Source: a virus
Taxonomy: Duplodnaviria > Caudoviricetes
DNA length: 63,819 nt
Reading direction: 5' to 3' (one strand)
Virus record (IMG/VR): IMGVR_UViG_3300042465_004622
Location: 1 to 63,819 of that record
Shown here: positions 53,272 through 61,309 of the stretch, in pieces
How positions within the stretch are numbered: the first letter of the stretch is position 1
Layout: every line of letters starts with the position of its first letter
Notes under the pieces: model-generated
The model's database searches: none
Told to the model about the DNA's origin: nothing
The model's input: only the letters and a program-made list of their open reading frames with translations
Made by a program: the position numbers and the translations under genes

Positions 53272-55904
53272 CAAAAATCCTCCTCGTCGTTTTCTGGTTT
53301 CGGTTCTTTTCCTTCCAGTCGATCTCTTGCGATCTGGAATACTTCTGCGGGCATCTTGCCGTCGAACTTGCCCTGCTTGATCCACAGGTATCCTCTCATG
53401 CCGTCGATCATCGGTCGGCCCGGAACTCGCAGAAAGTGCTCTTCTCTGAGCAACTTACCAATACGTTGCGGACTCTCTTTGACCCCTTCCATGGTGAGTG
53501 CTCCTGAGAGGCTAGGCTCCCAGATCATGTCGTCTCTAAGCAGCGGTGACTCGGACTCGCGGATGGTGCGACGGATCGCTGAGGTGGCCTCGTCTGCGGA
53601 GTCTTCGATCATCTCTTCAAGATACTTGGTCTTCGGAGCGCGACCGTTGGCGTTGAAGCTCGGACTGATTTCCCACGTCTCGAAGAAGCTGCGGAGTCCG
53701 CCTCCAAGGTTAGCCAGCATCCCGAACATACGGTCGAAGTATCCTGGGCCGAGAGCAGCTACCTGTTCTTCAGTCTGAAGTTTGAGCTTCAGGACGAAGT
53801 AGCGTCGGCTACCTGACATCACCGCGAGCGCGTCGTGATGGTTGGTGAACATGATGTAGTTGGTGATGTTCCGACATTTCTTGGTGTCGGCATGTTTCCG
53901 GTTCACTGGGACGAAGTCGTCTGTGACCAGATCCTTCAACTTGTTCATCACGTCATGGCGGTTGTGTCCCGAGATGCGGACTTCACCGATGACCGTAATC
54001 TGAGATCCGACAGCCCATTCATTCCAGTTGCCTCGGATAGCTTCATTGTTGACGTACATCACGTTCTCTTCCCCGAGCAGCGTTCCAAGCAGGAGAGCCA
54101 GGAACGTCTTTCCGCAGCCTTCCGCTCCTTGGAAAAGGGGTGCCCAACGACATTTTTTACCGGGGTGCTGGACGTGGTAAGCGATGTAGTCGAGCACGAC
54201 TCTCTGGTATTCCGTCTCGATGATCAGATTGCGCAGATGCTCTTGGAAAATGGCTCCGGCTGCTTCAGCGTCGGACGCTTTGGGTTTTACGTGGCAAGCC
54301 CGGTAAGTGTTCACAAGTTTGAGACCGTTTGCGTCTTCGCTGTAAATTTCTTTGGGTGAGGTTGGATCGTAGGTCGTGTCATCGACCACTGGGCACTCGA
54401 TCTTGTTGAGCAGATATTGGTGAGGGAGAATCGGCGGGACATACAGAGCGGCATCGGACGTGTCTTTTCCCTGGGATTCGAGTTGCTCTGCGGTGTTGAG
54501 CAGGAAGCGAGAATACTCAGCATTGAAGGCTTCTTTCGTACGCCATTGGTGGGACGCTGGACGGAAAAACTGCTCGCGACAGGCGACGTAATACCACCCT
54601 TTCGTCCAAGCAGGGTCTTTCTTGATGGACTCTTCCGGTGTTTTTGACTTGAGTTGCGCTTTACGGAGCTTGTCGAGGTCTTGACGGAGATCTCCGAGGC
54701 GTCCTTTTTCCCCGATCTTGGTGAGTGCTCGCAGAATGGAGTTCAGCAGTGTGCCTTCCTCGACGTGAGTCAAAATAGGCAACTGAGCGATCTTTTCCAA
54801 CGCGATGTGCGTCATCTCATGGAACGTCTTGGCGGTGTCGTTGATCCAATCGTTGACGACTTTGAAGCAGTCTTCTTTGACCTTCCCTGCGTTCCAGCCT
54901 GCGTCCGCCGCACGTTTGATGAGGGTACGGATGGTGACGGGGACTCGACCTCTCGGGGTCGTATAGACTTGGTTCCACTTCGCCAGGGTTCCGTCTGGGC
55001 CAGGATAGCCATCACCTTCGCCAGACCACTTATCGAACAGTTCGTAGGCTGCGTCTTCCTGCTCAGTATCTGAGTATTGATGACGGAGTGCGCAGCATAC
55101 TTCAAACCACTCTTGATAGCCGCAGTTCGGTGACAAACTGTTGAGTGCCTCCACGACATCCTTGAACTCAACCCCCATCAGCGGTGCTCGGAGGTATTCG
55201 AGTCCGTCGTCTTCACTGTAAGTCTTTTTGCTCGACTTTTCGGGATTGATCGTCGCGTCTTGGATGTCGGAGAGTGTGAAGGCGTCACCCTTCAGGAAGC
55301 TGACCACCATGGGGTGCTCTGAATCAGGATCTTGATCCAAGAACAAGCTCGGGCAGATCATCGGCTGGTTCGGAGTCAACGACTCGCGGGTGATATTCGC
55401 CAGTCCAATTCTCGTCGCGATAGTCTTAACGGCAGCAGGGTAAGCCTCCAACGTGATGTTGTCTGCGTCCACCACGATCCGCATACGAGGCTTGGCAGGT
55501 GTCGAGCTTGCCGTCGTATAGGCTGCGAAGTTGAAGGGCCGCATGGCCTTCAGCAGGATGTCTGGGTTCGCCAGAAATGGGGCCGCAGGGCTAGTGCCAC
55601 CTTTCTCGGTGTCTAAGTCGAGGAAAAGCAGGTTACAGCAGTTGGCTTTGTCGGCGAACTGACGCTCGCGACTGGTCTCATCGTCTGAATAAACGCAGGC
55701 AACGAGGTAGGTCGTGTCTTTTGCAGACAGCCTCGCAGCTTTACCTTCCGACGTGTCAGAAGGTAGTTCATTGTATTCTTTCCGTGTCAGTTGCAGAGGG
55801 ACAGCAGTGTCGAGATGCTTGCGCACAAGCTCTGCGAACGTGCGGGCAGGTGATGCACGAACACGGTTGCTCTTGACTGAGCCACCATAATAATATCTGG
55901 GCAT
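53268..55904 (-). CDS. Primase-helicase (AEP-like N-terminus, PriCT-2-like domain, SF3-type NTPase)
   Basis: FLDLD, YTTASS..PRMRI, YQEWFEVCCAL..FDKWS, Walker A GAEGCGKT, FTNH, RRYFV; ends ...ENDEEDFC*. Confidence 0.9.
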   Translation of the reverse strand: MPRYYYGGSVKSNRVRASPARTFAELVRKHLDTAVPLQLTRKEYNELPSDTSEGKAARLSAKDTTYLVACVYSDDETSRERQFADKANCCNLLFLDLDTEKGGTSPAAPFLANPDILLKAMRPFNFAAYTTASSTPAKPRMRIVVDADNITLEAYPAAVKTIATRIGLANITRESLTPNQPMICPSLFLDQDPDSEHPMVVSFLKGDAFTLSDIQDATINPEKSSKKTYSEDDGLEYLRAPLMGVEFKDVVEALNSLSPNCGYQEWFEVCCALRHQYSDTEQEDAAYELFDKWSGEGDGYPGPDGTLAKWNQVYTTPRGRVPVTIRTLIKRAADAGWNAGKVKEDCFKVVNDWINDTAKTFHEMTHIALEKIAQLPILTHVEEGTLLNSILRALTKIGEKGRLGDLRQDLDKLRKAQLKSKTPEESIKKDPAWTKGWYYVACREQFFRPASHQWRTKEAFNAEYSRFLLNTAEQLESQGKDTSDAALYVPPILPHQYLLNKIECPVVDDTTYDPTSPKEIYSEDANGLKLVNTYRACHVKPKASDAEAAGAIFQEHLRNLIIETEYQRVVLDYIAYHVQHPGKKCRWAPLFQGAEGCGKTFLALLLGTLLGEENVMYVNNEAIRGNWNEWAVGSQITVIGEVRISGHNRHDVMNKLKDLVTDDFVPVNRKHADTKKCRNITNYIMFTNHHDALAVMSGSRRYFVLKLKLQTEEQVAALGPGYFDRMFGMLANLGGGLRSFFETWEISPSFNANGRAPKTKYLEEMIEDSADEATSAIRRTIRESESPLLRDDMIWEPSLSGALTMEGVKESPQRIGKLLREEHFLRVPGRPMIDGMRGYLWIKQGKFDGKMPAEVFQIARDRLEGKEPKPENDEEDFC

Positions 55905-55910
55905 TTGGGG

Positions 55911-56132
55911 CTATGCTCCCGTCAGGGTGTTGAGGGATACTCTAAGTGCTCTGGCGAGCTTGATCAGAGTAGTCGTGTTTGGTTGGCGAATACCTGACTC
56001 AACATCTGAGATTGTTCCGACACCTACTTCAGCTTTGACGTGTAACTGCACTATCGTAAGCTCACGCCACTGGCGAATGCTTCGGAGTCGTACGCCGATT
56101 GGTGTGGAGGAATCAAAGATTGGTTTTGCCAT
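55911..56132 (-). CDS. XRE/Cro-family HTH transcription regulator
   Basis: RLRSIR..LTIVQL..TISDVESG..PNTTTLIKLARAL. Confidence 0.9.
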   Translation of the reverse strand: MAKPIFDSSTPIGVRLRSIRQWRELTIVQLHVKAEVGVGTISDVESGIRQPNTTTLIKLARALRVSLNTLTGA

Positions 56133-56168
56133 AAGTTTCGATAAATTGAAACCATTATAGCTGATAGG

Positions 56169-56459
56169 TCAAACGAAATCGTCTTCCACCTCGACTTTCT
56201 TCGTCGCAGGTATTTTGGCGATCAGGATAGTGCGCCAGCCTCCGTGCTGCCCGAGGGAGACGCGATCTAGGAGCGCGACGTTTTTGCCTGAGTTGGTGAG
56301 TTTGACAATAGCCTCGTTCACTTTGGGTAAAGCCAGGTGAACGATCTCAGGGTAAACGGTGTAGCCCTCCGCTTCAGGGAATAGCCAAATGTCGCAGTCT
56401 GGCGCGGCTCGTCGCATCTCAGCGACTTTGTTTTTGATGAATTGGTCGGCGGTGTCCAT
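56169..56459 (-). CDS. Hypothetical protein ending in the variant tail EDDFV
   Basis: ORF in operon context. Confidence 0.6.
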   Translation of the reverse strand: MDTADQFIKNKVAEMRRAAPDCDIWLFPEAEGYTVYPEIVHLALPKVNEAIVKLTNSGKNVALLDRVSLGQHGGWRTILIAKIPATKKVEVEDDFV

Positions 56460-56460
56460 A

Positions 56461-56751
56461 TTAAGTGTCTTTGTTGTGGATGAAGGGTTCGAGTTGGGAT
56501 GATATATCGTTGCAGAGTTTGTCGTGCGCGGTGGCGTCTGGCGCTCCGTCAGCGCAGGTTTCCGTTTCGTAGTAGATTTTGCGGATGACTTTTTTCAGCT
56601 CTGCGAGTTCCGCTTTGGCTGCGTTGAGTTCGCGTTCTAGCTGGCGGGCGAATTCGCCATCAACAAGATCTTTCTCCATTAGCTTTTTTCGGCCCGCATA
56701 TTCGGCATAGACATCAAAAGACTTGTCATCTGTTCTCGGTGTATCGCTCAT
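56461..56751 (-). CDS. Hypothetical protein
   Basis: MSDTPRTD..FARQLERELNA pattern common in small phage proteins. Confidence 0.65.
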   Translation of the reverse strand: MSDTPRTDDKSFDVYAEYAGRKKLMEKDLVDGEFARQLERELNAAKAELAELKKVIRKIYYETETCADGAPDATAHDKLCNDISSQLEPFIHNKDT

Positions 56752-57074
56752 GGCTGTTCTCCTTTCGCTTTGGCGATTGCTGCCTTTACTTTGTCTTGCA
56801 GCCAGAAAGCTGCCGATCCGTTCCACTCCCAAAGGTCGCTGTCCATGATGGCTTCCAATGCCTCCAGAAGATCAGGAGCCGCTGCGATTAGGCGGGCGTT
56901 TGCCATAGCCTCTTCGGGCGTTCTTCCGCGAACACCGCTGTCGTCGTTAGTATCCTCGGCATTTCCCCAAATGACGATGCTGAAAAACTTACCAAAAACA
57001 TTAGCTTCAATGCCTGGGTGTTCTGTGGGTAGTTCTTTCTCAATAAACCACTCTCCCTGTGTATGTTTGCTCAT
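56748..57074 (-). CDS. Hypothetical phage protein
   Basis: MSKHTQGEW..ANARLIAAAPDLLEAL motif. Confidence 0.7.
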   Translation of the reverse strand: MSKHTQGEWFIEKELPTEHPGIEANVFGKFFSIVIWGNAEDTNDDSGVRGRTPEEAMANARLIAAAPDLLEALEAIMDSDLWEWNGSAAFWLQDKVKAAIAKAKGEQP

Positions 57075-57511
57075 GGCTGCTCTCCTTTCGCGGCAGCGAT
57101 TAGGCGGGCGCGGAAATCCTCCATAGCTTCGCCTAGAGTCTTTCTCCCGGGGAGAAACAACTTAGTTGAAAGAAGGCTATCTACCTCCTCCATACGCTTC
57201 ACAGCTTCGTCAATCGGGTTAGCTACTGGCTCAAGGTTTGCGGATTCGTAGGCGGCTAGAGCAGTAAAAGCTGTATCACCTGTCCATGAATAGTCTCGCT
57301 GTCCAGTTTCTTTAATCCATGCGATTTCTTTCAAAGCATCAGCCAACCTCTCTAACAGTATCGCCTGCCGTTGGATCGTCTGCACGTCGCGGGCTGAGGC
57401 TGCTAGGTGTGACTCTCTGGCTTCGGCTAGTCGCTCGACGAGTTGGTCAAGCTCGCGCTTCTCGACAAGCTGAATCAGCCTGTCGCCGTCTTGGTATGGG
57501 TAGGTTTTCAT
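57071..57511 (-). CDS. Hypothetical protein
   Basis: ATGA-coupled; ends KGEQP like its neighbour. Confidence 0.6.
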   Translation of the reverse strand: MKTYPYQDGDRLIQLVEKRELDQLVERLAEARESHLAASARDVQTIQRQAILLERLADALKEIAWIKETGQRDYSWTGDTAFTALAAYESANLEPVANPIDEAVKRMEEVDSLLSTKLFLPGRKTLGEAMEDFRARLIAAAKGEQP

Positions 57512-58323
57512 GCTGATTGAAGGCAGTTGGTTGAAATTGAAACTGTTTTGACTTCTCCGTGGTAGTCATACGCGCAAAGGAACTTAGGCCCCATGTCTTG
57601 CATGACCGTCATCTTCGGCCCTCCGCTCTTGAGCGTTACCACGTCACCAACTTGTGGCGTCCATTCTGGCAATGAAATTGGTTTCGTTACCAGAGGCTCT
57701 GGCGTTGGCTCGTCTGCGTGCGCGGCCTTCACAGATGGCTTGCAGCCAGATCGGCATGGATAGTGGCCGTGGTCTTCTTCCTCAAATCCAGAGCCTTCAC
57801 AAAACAAGCATTTTGCTTTCGCAGCCAGAAGCTGGATGTCGGCGAAGTGGGTGTCTTTTTTGTTTGTGAAAGATCCTAAAATCCAGTCTTCATCTTCAAG
57901 CCATCCAGTCACTCTCACGCACCCTTCCGGCACCTCGCCAGCCTCAGCGAGGGGGCGGAGTTGGGAGAGGGATTGTTTAGGCTCGGTCAGCCTAGCCTTT
58001 TCTACTAGCAAGATAAGCCGTTGCCACTCTTTGCAAGCGTCCTCAACTGCTTTGCGGGTGCCGTGTTCGGCCTGATAGTGCCCGCCATCTCGATGTATGA
58101 CCGCTAACAGATTTAGTAGCATCGACTCTTCATCCATTGGCTCAGGCAGCGAGGCGAGGGCGGCCTTGATTAGGCTGAGACGGGAAGGTGCTTCGTTCCT
58201 CCAACGATTGTCTTCTGGATCTAAAATAAGTAGTCCGCCAACGTCTTTGTGTTCTTCGTTTATTTTATTACATGCCTCGTCAATAGCGGCCTGTAGTTGG
58301 GTGTTTGTGTAGTTGTGTTTCAT
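57508..58323 (-). CDS. Mosaic hypothetical protein with a C-terminal DUF2158/YodC-like domain
   Basis: VGDVVTLKSGGPKMTV near the C-terminus; internal CxxC. Confidence 0.65.
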   Translation of the reverse strand: MKHNYTNTQLQAAIDEACNKINEEHKDVGGLLILDPEDNRWRNEAPSRLSLIKAALASLPEPMDEESMLLNLLAVIHRDGGHYQAEHGTRKAVEDACKEWQRLILLVEKARLTEPKQSLSQLRPLAEAGEVPEGCVRVTGWLEDEDWILGSFTNKKDTHFADIQLLAAKAKCLFCEGSGFEEEDHGHYPCRSGCKPSVKAAHADEPTPEPLVTKPISLPEWTPQVGDVVTLKSGGPKMTVMQDMGPKFLCAYDYHGEVKTVSISTNCLQSA

Positions 58324-58327
58324 AGTG

Positions 58328-58621
58328 TTAAGCGAAGTCTGGGTCGTTTTGTTGTGCGTGTTTGCGTCGAAGGAGAGTGATATAGGCCGGACTGCATCCA
58401 AGGCGCTCGGCGTTGGCTGTTTGAGAGAGTGACCAGTCGAGCAGGCTCAGATCGTACTTCTGGGGGCGACCGGAGCCTGGACTGCGCGGTCCTTTAGGCT
58501 TGCCATGAATTCGACGGTATTGTCCTACCGTCGCAGATGTGGCTTTGTACTTGATACCGAGCGCTTGGTTGCTGTTATGCTTCCATTCGAGATCGGTAAT
58601 TACTTGGAGAGAGGAACTCAT
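58328..58621 (-). CDS. Small double-HTH-like protein ending in the variant tail DPDFA
   Basis: Two W-x-x-S(N/Q)..A..(Y/L) units, e.g. LDWSLSQTANAERLGCS. Confidence 0.6.
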   Translation of the reverse strand: MSSSLQVITDLEWKHNSNQALGIKYKATSATVGQYRRIHGKPKGPRSPGSGRPQKYDLSLLDWSLSQTANAERLGCSPAYITLLRRKHAQQNDPDFA

Positions 58622-58626
58622 TGGTT

Positions 58627-58655
58627 ACTTTAAGCGTTCGATTTCCTGAAATCAA
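58627..58655 (-). promoter_or_regulatory. Sigma70-like promoter
   Basis: TTGATT-17nt-TAAAGT; shares 19 bp with the promoter at 59056-59084. Confidence 0.6.
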
Positions 58656-58879
58656 ATTTCATGTGTTTTTATTTTAAGTCCCCCGATGTCGAAAGCACAA
58701 CAGATAGCTCTGTGAATGTGCTCTACCGTGACTTTCGGGAGTCCTGTCTTTTCAGTTAAAAAGCAAAGTACAGCTTCATGGTCCTCTGTTGCTCCGTAAC
58801 CTGCCATTAAGCATATGATCTGAGCGTTTATGAGCCACATAGGATCTTCGTCGTCGAGTGTGTTTTCGAGTTTTTCCAT
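58652..58879 (-). CDS. Hypothetical protein
   Basis: ORF from MEKLE. Confidence 0.5.
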   Translation of the reverse strand: MEKLENTLDDEDPMWLINAQIICLMAGYGATEDHEAVLCFLTEKTGLPKVTVEHIHRAICCAFDIGGLKIKTHEI

Positions 58880-58886
58880 ATTAGTT

Positions 58887-59045
58887 TCAATCGTTGTGCC
58901 ACCACAAAGGGCGACGGGTTGTGAGTTGTTGGATGCGTTGATCCTGCTTTTTCTTCCGTTCATCGCTTTGCCTCCGTTTCCGGTCTTCAATGGTAGCGAA
59001 TAGACGGTCGAGTTTGAGTTGTAGAGGGTCGGGTTCTAGGTTCAT
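58887..59045 (-). CDS. Small basic hypothetical protein
   Basis: ORF from MNLEP directly downstream of a promoter. Confidence 0.45.
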   Translation of the reverse strand: MNLEPDPLQLKLDRLFATIEDRKRRQSDERKKKQDQRIQQLTTRRPLWWHND

Positions 59046-59055
59046 AGTTTCAGAG

Positions 59056-59084
59056 ATTCTACTCTTTCGATTTCCTGAAATCAA
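59056..59084 (-). promoter_or_regulatory. Sigma70-like promoter
   Basis: TTGATT-17nt-TAGAAT. Confidence 0.65.
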
Positions 59085-59107
59085 GAGACAAAAGTTTTTT
59101 TATTCGT

Positions 59108-59389
59108 TCACCGCTTTGAGTCGTCGTTTTCGAGTTCAGGGTTGCTGGGTGACGGTGTGGATTGAGTTACAGATTCAGGTTCAGGCAACCACTCCAGTTT
59201 CCATCGGAAAAAGTCCGCTGTGAACCATTGCCTGCCGTGTCGCGGGCGTTTTGGATGCCCGAGCGGGTAGATTGAATGCAGCTCCTGGGTGTGTTCGTCC
59301 TTGTATAAGGTGACAGGCCCGCCCTTCTCGCGCTTGGCGTAGAGCGTCGGGTGCTTGGTTTCTAGGAAGCGTTTCGAGTATTTAGGCAT
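59108..59389 (-). CDS. Hypothetical protein
   Basis: ATG just downstream of a repeat core. Confidence 0.5.
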   Translation of the reverse strand: MPKYSKRFLETKHPTLYAKREKGGPVTLYKDEHTQELHSIYPLGHPKRPRHGRQWFTADFFRWKLEWLPEPESVTQSTPSPSNPELENDDSKR

Positions 59390-59745
59390 GATCGTATGGT
59401 TTTGGGTTGTTCACCGCTTTGGGTCGGTGTTTGCTTAGGGAGGCTTAGACCGTTGATCCAACGGACGGGTATTGAGTATCTGTTCACTCCGTTTTTTATT
59501 ATGTAGGCTGCGGCCCAATGTCGCATGAACATATACAGCTTGTCGCGCCCTTCTTCACTTCTCAGGGTGGTGCGAAACCACTTATTGTGCTGGTATATTG
59601 TTTCTGCTTTCTCCACTAGATGCGCCGTTACTTGGTCCGTTAGCTGCTTGGCTCCTGTGATTGCATATACCTCCGCGCCTACGCTTTCAGCGATGAGCCA
59701 AGGGATGAGAGGTGTTTCATCTTCGATGATGTATTTCTTTTTCAT
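59362..59745 (-). CDS. Hypothetical protein
   Basis: ATG about 10 nt downstream of a repeat core. Confidence 0.6.
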   Translation of the reverse strand: MKKKYIIEDETPLIPWLIAESVGAEVYAITGAKQLTDQVTAHLVEKAETIYQHNKWFRTTLRSEEGRDKLYMFMRHWAAAYIIKNGVNRYSIPVRWINGLSLPKQTPTQSGEQPKTIRSCLNTRNAS

Positions 59746-59824
59746 GAGGGTATGTCGTTCACCGCTTTGGGTCGGTTTTTGGGACTGATATTTAGCTGTT
59801 TGATGGGTGGGAGTGGGTTACAGA

Positions 59825-60061
59825 CTACTGTTTCACGTAGTCTAGGTATCCGCGAAGTATTTGGATCTGTATGTTTGCCTTACTGTCTGGCTTGATTTTA
59901 CCTTCGATGCTTTGTTGCCAGCGCCAGCTTGAAAGATCCTTCTTGGTGAAAAAGTGGTGCCAGCGATTAGCTGCTAGGATCTCAGCTCTTAATCTCTGGA
60001 CCTCAGTTTTTACTTCTTGTAGCCAAATTGCGTATTCGTGAGGGTGTGACAGGCATTTCAT
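59825..60061 (-). CDS. Hypothetical protein
   Basis: Fills the space between two 69-bp units. Confidence 0.6.
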   Translation of the reverse strand: MKCLSHPHEYAIWLQEVKTEVQRLRAEILAANRWHHFFTKKDLSSWRWQQSIEGKIKPDSKANIQIQILRGYLDYVKQ

Positions 60062-60133
60062 AAAATAATTTCGTTCACCGCTTTGGGTCGGTTTTCGGAG
60101 TTGGTATTTACCTGTTTGATGGATGGGAGTGAG

Positions 60134-60346
60134 TTACAGAACCACGGTTCCTGTCGCGATGTTGACCAGTTCTAGGCCGCGCCCGAAGTCGGTCACGTCG
60201 TACAGGTTGCCTTTTTCGTCTATGATTTTGACGAAATCGCCATCGCCTCGCCTCACGCTTTCGCGCACCTGTTTGATGTATCGCGGGCAGGTCGAGTTTA
60301 TGGTGCGCGTTTCGCCGTGGTAGTTATTTTTGATTGTGAGTTTCAT
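60134..60346 (-). CDS. Hypothetical protein
   Basis: From MKLTIK; its stop TAA lies inside the repeat box. Confidence 0.6.
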   Translation of the reverse strand: MKLTIKNNYHGETRTINSTCPRYIKQVRESVRRGDGDFVKIIDEKGNLYDVTDFGRGLELVNIATGTVVL

Positions 60347-60450
60347 TGTAGGGTGATGCTGTGTTTTAGGTGTGGACTTTCCGTTCACCGCTTTGGGTCG
60401 GTGTTTGCGGGCTGAATTGAGGTGGATGAAGGTGTGGAGTGAGTTACAGA

Positions 60451-60777
60451 CTAAGCGCTCTGACTGAGCCACCAAGCGGCGGCGATTATCGCGCCCCAGG
60501 TGACTAAGCAGGCCAAGATGAGGGGCCGGAAGCTAGCGCGGTCGCCTGCCTGCGCGTCGAAGTAGTGCTTGAGCTGGTGATTTTCCAGCCGTTGAGGGAA
60601 CAAGTGGCGCTTGTCCGTTATTCGTACAGCCGGGGCCGGAGCCGGTGGCGCTGGATCGCTTGGAAGATAGGACGGGATTCCAGTCTCACGGGCCGAATTG
60701 AGACCCTTTTTAGCTAGTCTGAGACGTAGCCGGAAGCTGGCCCGCTGGATGTGGAGAGGGGAGGGTGTGGAGTTCAT
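60451..60777 (-). CDS. Hypothetical protein with a C-terminal TM helix
   Basis: LILACLVTWGAIIAAAWW. Confidence 0.55.
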   Translation of the reverse strand: MNSTPSPLHIQRASFRLRLRLAKKGLNSARETGIPSYLPSDPAPPAPAPAVRITDKRHLFPQRLENHQLKHYFDAQAGDRASFRPLILACLVTWGAIIAAAWWLSQSA

Positions 60778-61046
60778 GCGAGTACTTGAGCTAGGTTCTC
60801 GATTTTGATGTGAAAGGTGCAAACGGTACCCTTGTCGCCCTGCCAAACGTACGTACCTTCTTCGTGGAGTTTGTATTCGTTAGGTACATAGCTACTTTGG
60901 GCAGAAACCCGGCGCATGTAGTTTTCCCCGGCTTTCGTGCCTTCCTGCTTGGCTAGTTTCTCCACTTCTCGCCTGGCGCTATTCCAGGCTTGTTTCGTGG
61001 CTACGTGTTCACCGTTTAGACTTATGGAGTATTTAGGGCGTGTCAT
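60774..61046 (-). CDS. Hypothetical protein
   Basis: From MTRPKY; ATGA-coupled to the next gene. Confidence 0.55.
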   Translation of the reverse strand: MTRPKYSISLNGEHVATKQAWNSARREVEKLAKQEGTKAGENYMRRVSAQSSYVPNEYKLHEEGTYVWQGDKGTVCTFHIKIENLAQVLA

Positions 61047-61051
61047 GGCGG

Positions 61052-61231
61052 TTATTTTGTGAATGAGATTTCTCCTTTTTGGTTCCTCTTGGCGCTTGTC
61101 ACCGTCGTACGATCCAGTTTCGGCCCTCGGTACGTGACAGTGTACCATCCCGGGTGAATGCGTTTGATGCCTGCCGCGTGTAGGATTTCGGAGTTATCGC
61201 CAGTGCTGGCGTTTATTTGCATGGTTTTCAT
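61052..61231 (-). CDS. Hypothetical protein
   Basis: ATG downstream of a repeat core. Confidence 0.5.
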   Translation of the reverse strand: MKTMQINASTGDNSEILHAAGIKRIHPGWYTVTYRGPKLDRTTVTSAKRNQKGEISFTK

Positions 61232-61309
61232 GGATTTAGTGCGTGGTTGTCCGTTCACCGCTTTGGGGCGGAGTTTGGAACTGGTTTCTATGTGTCGGGT
61301 TTCTGTGGA

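Noticed and set aside
670-53280. DFC-stop as a purely DNA-level motif or a stop-codon recoding signal
   Set aside because: Variation is confined to synonymous positions, both TAA and TGA are used, and several of these stops overlap or abut the next start; standard code gives full-length genes throughout.
55911-56132. XRE gene as proof of a temperate lifestyle
   Set aside because: No integrase, partition genes or divergent cI/cro switch was recognised; lifestyle remains undetermined.
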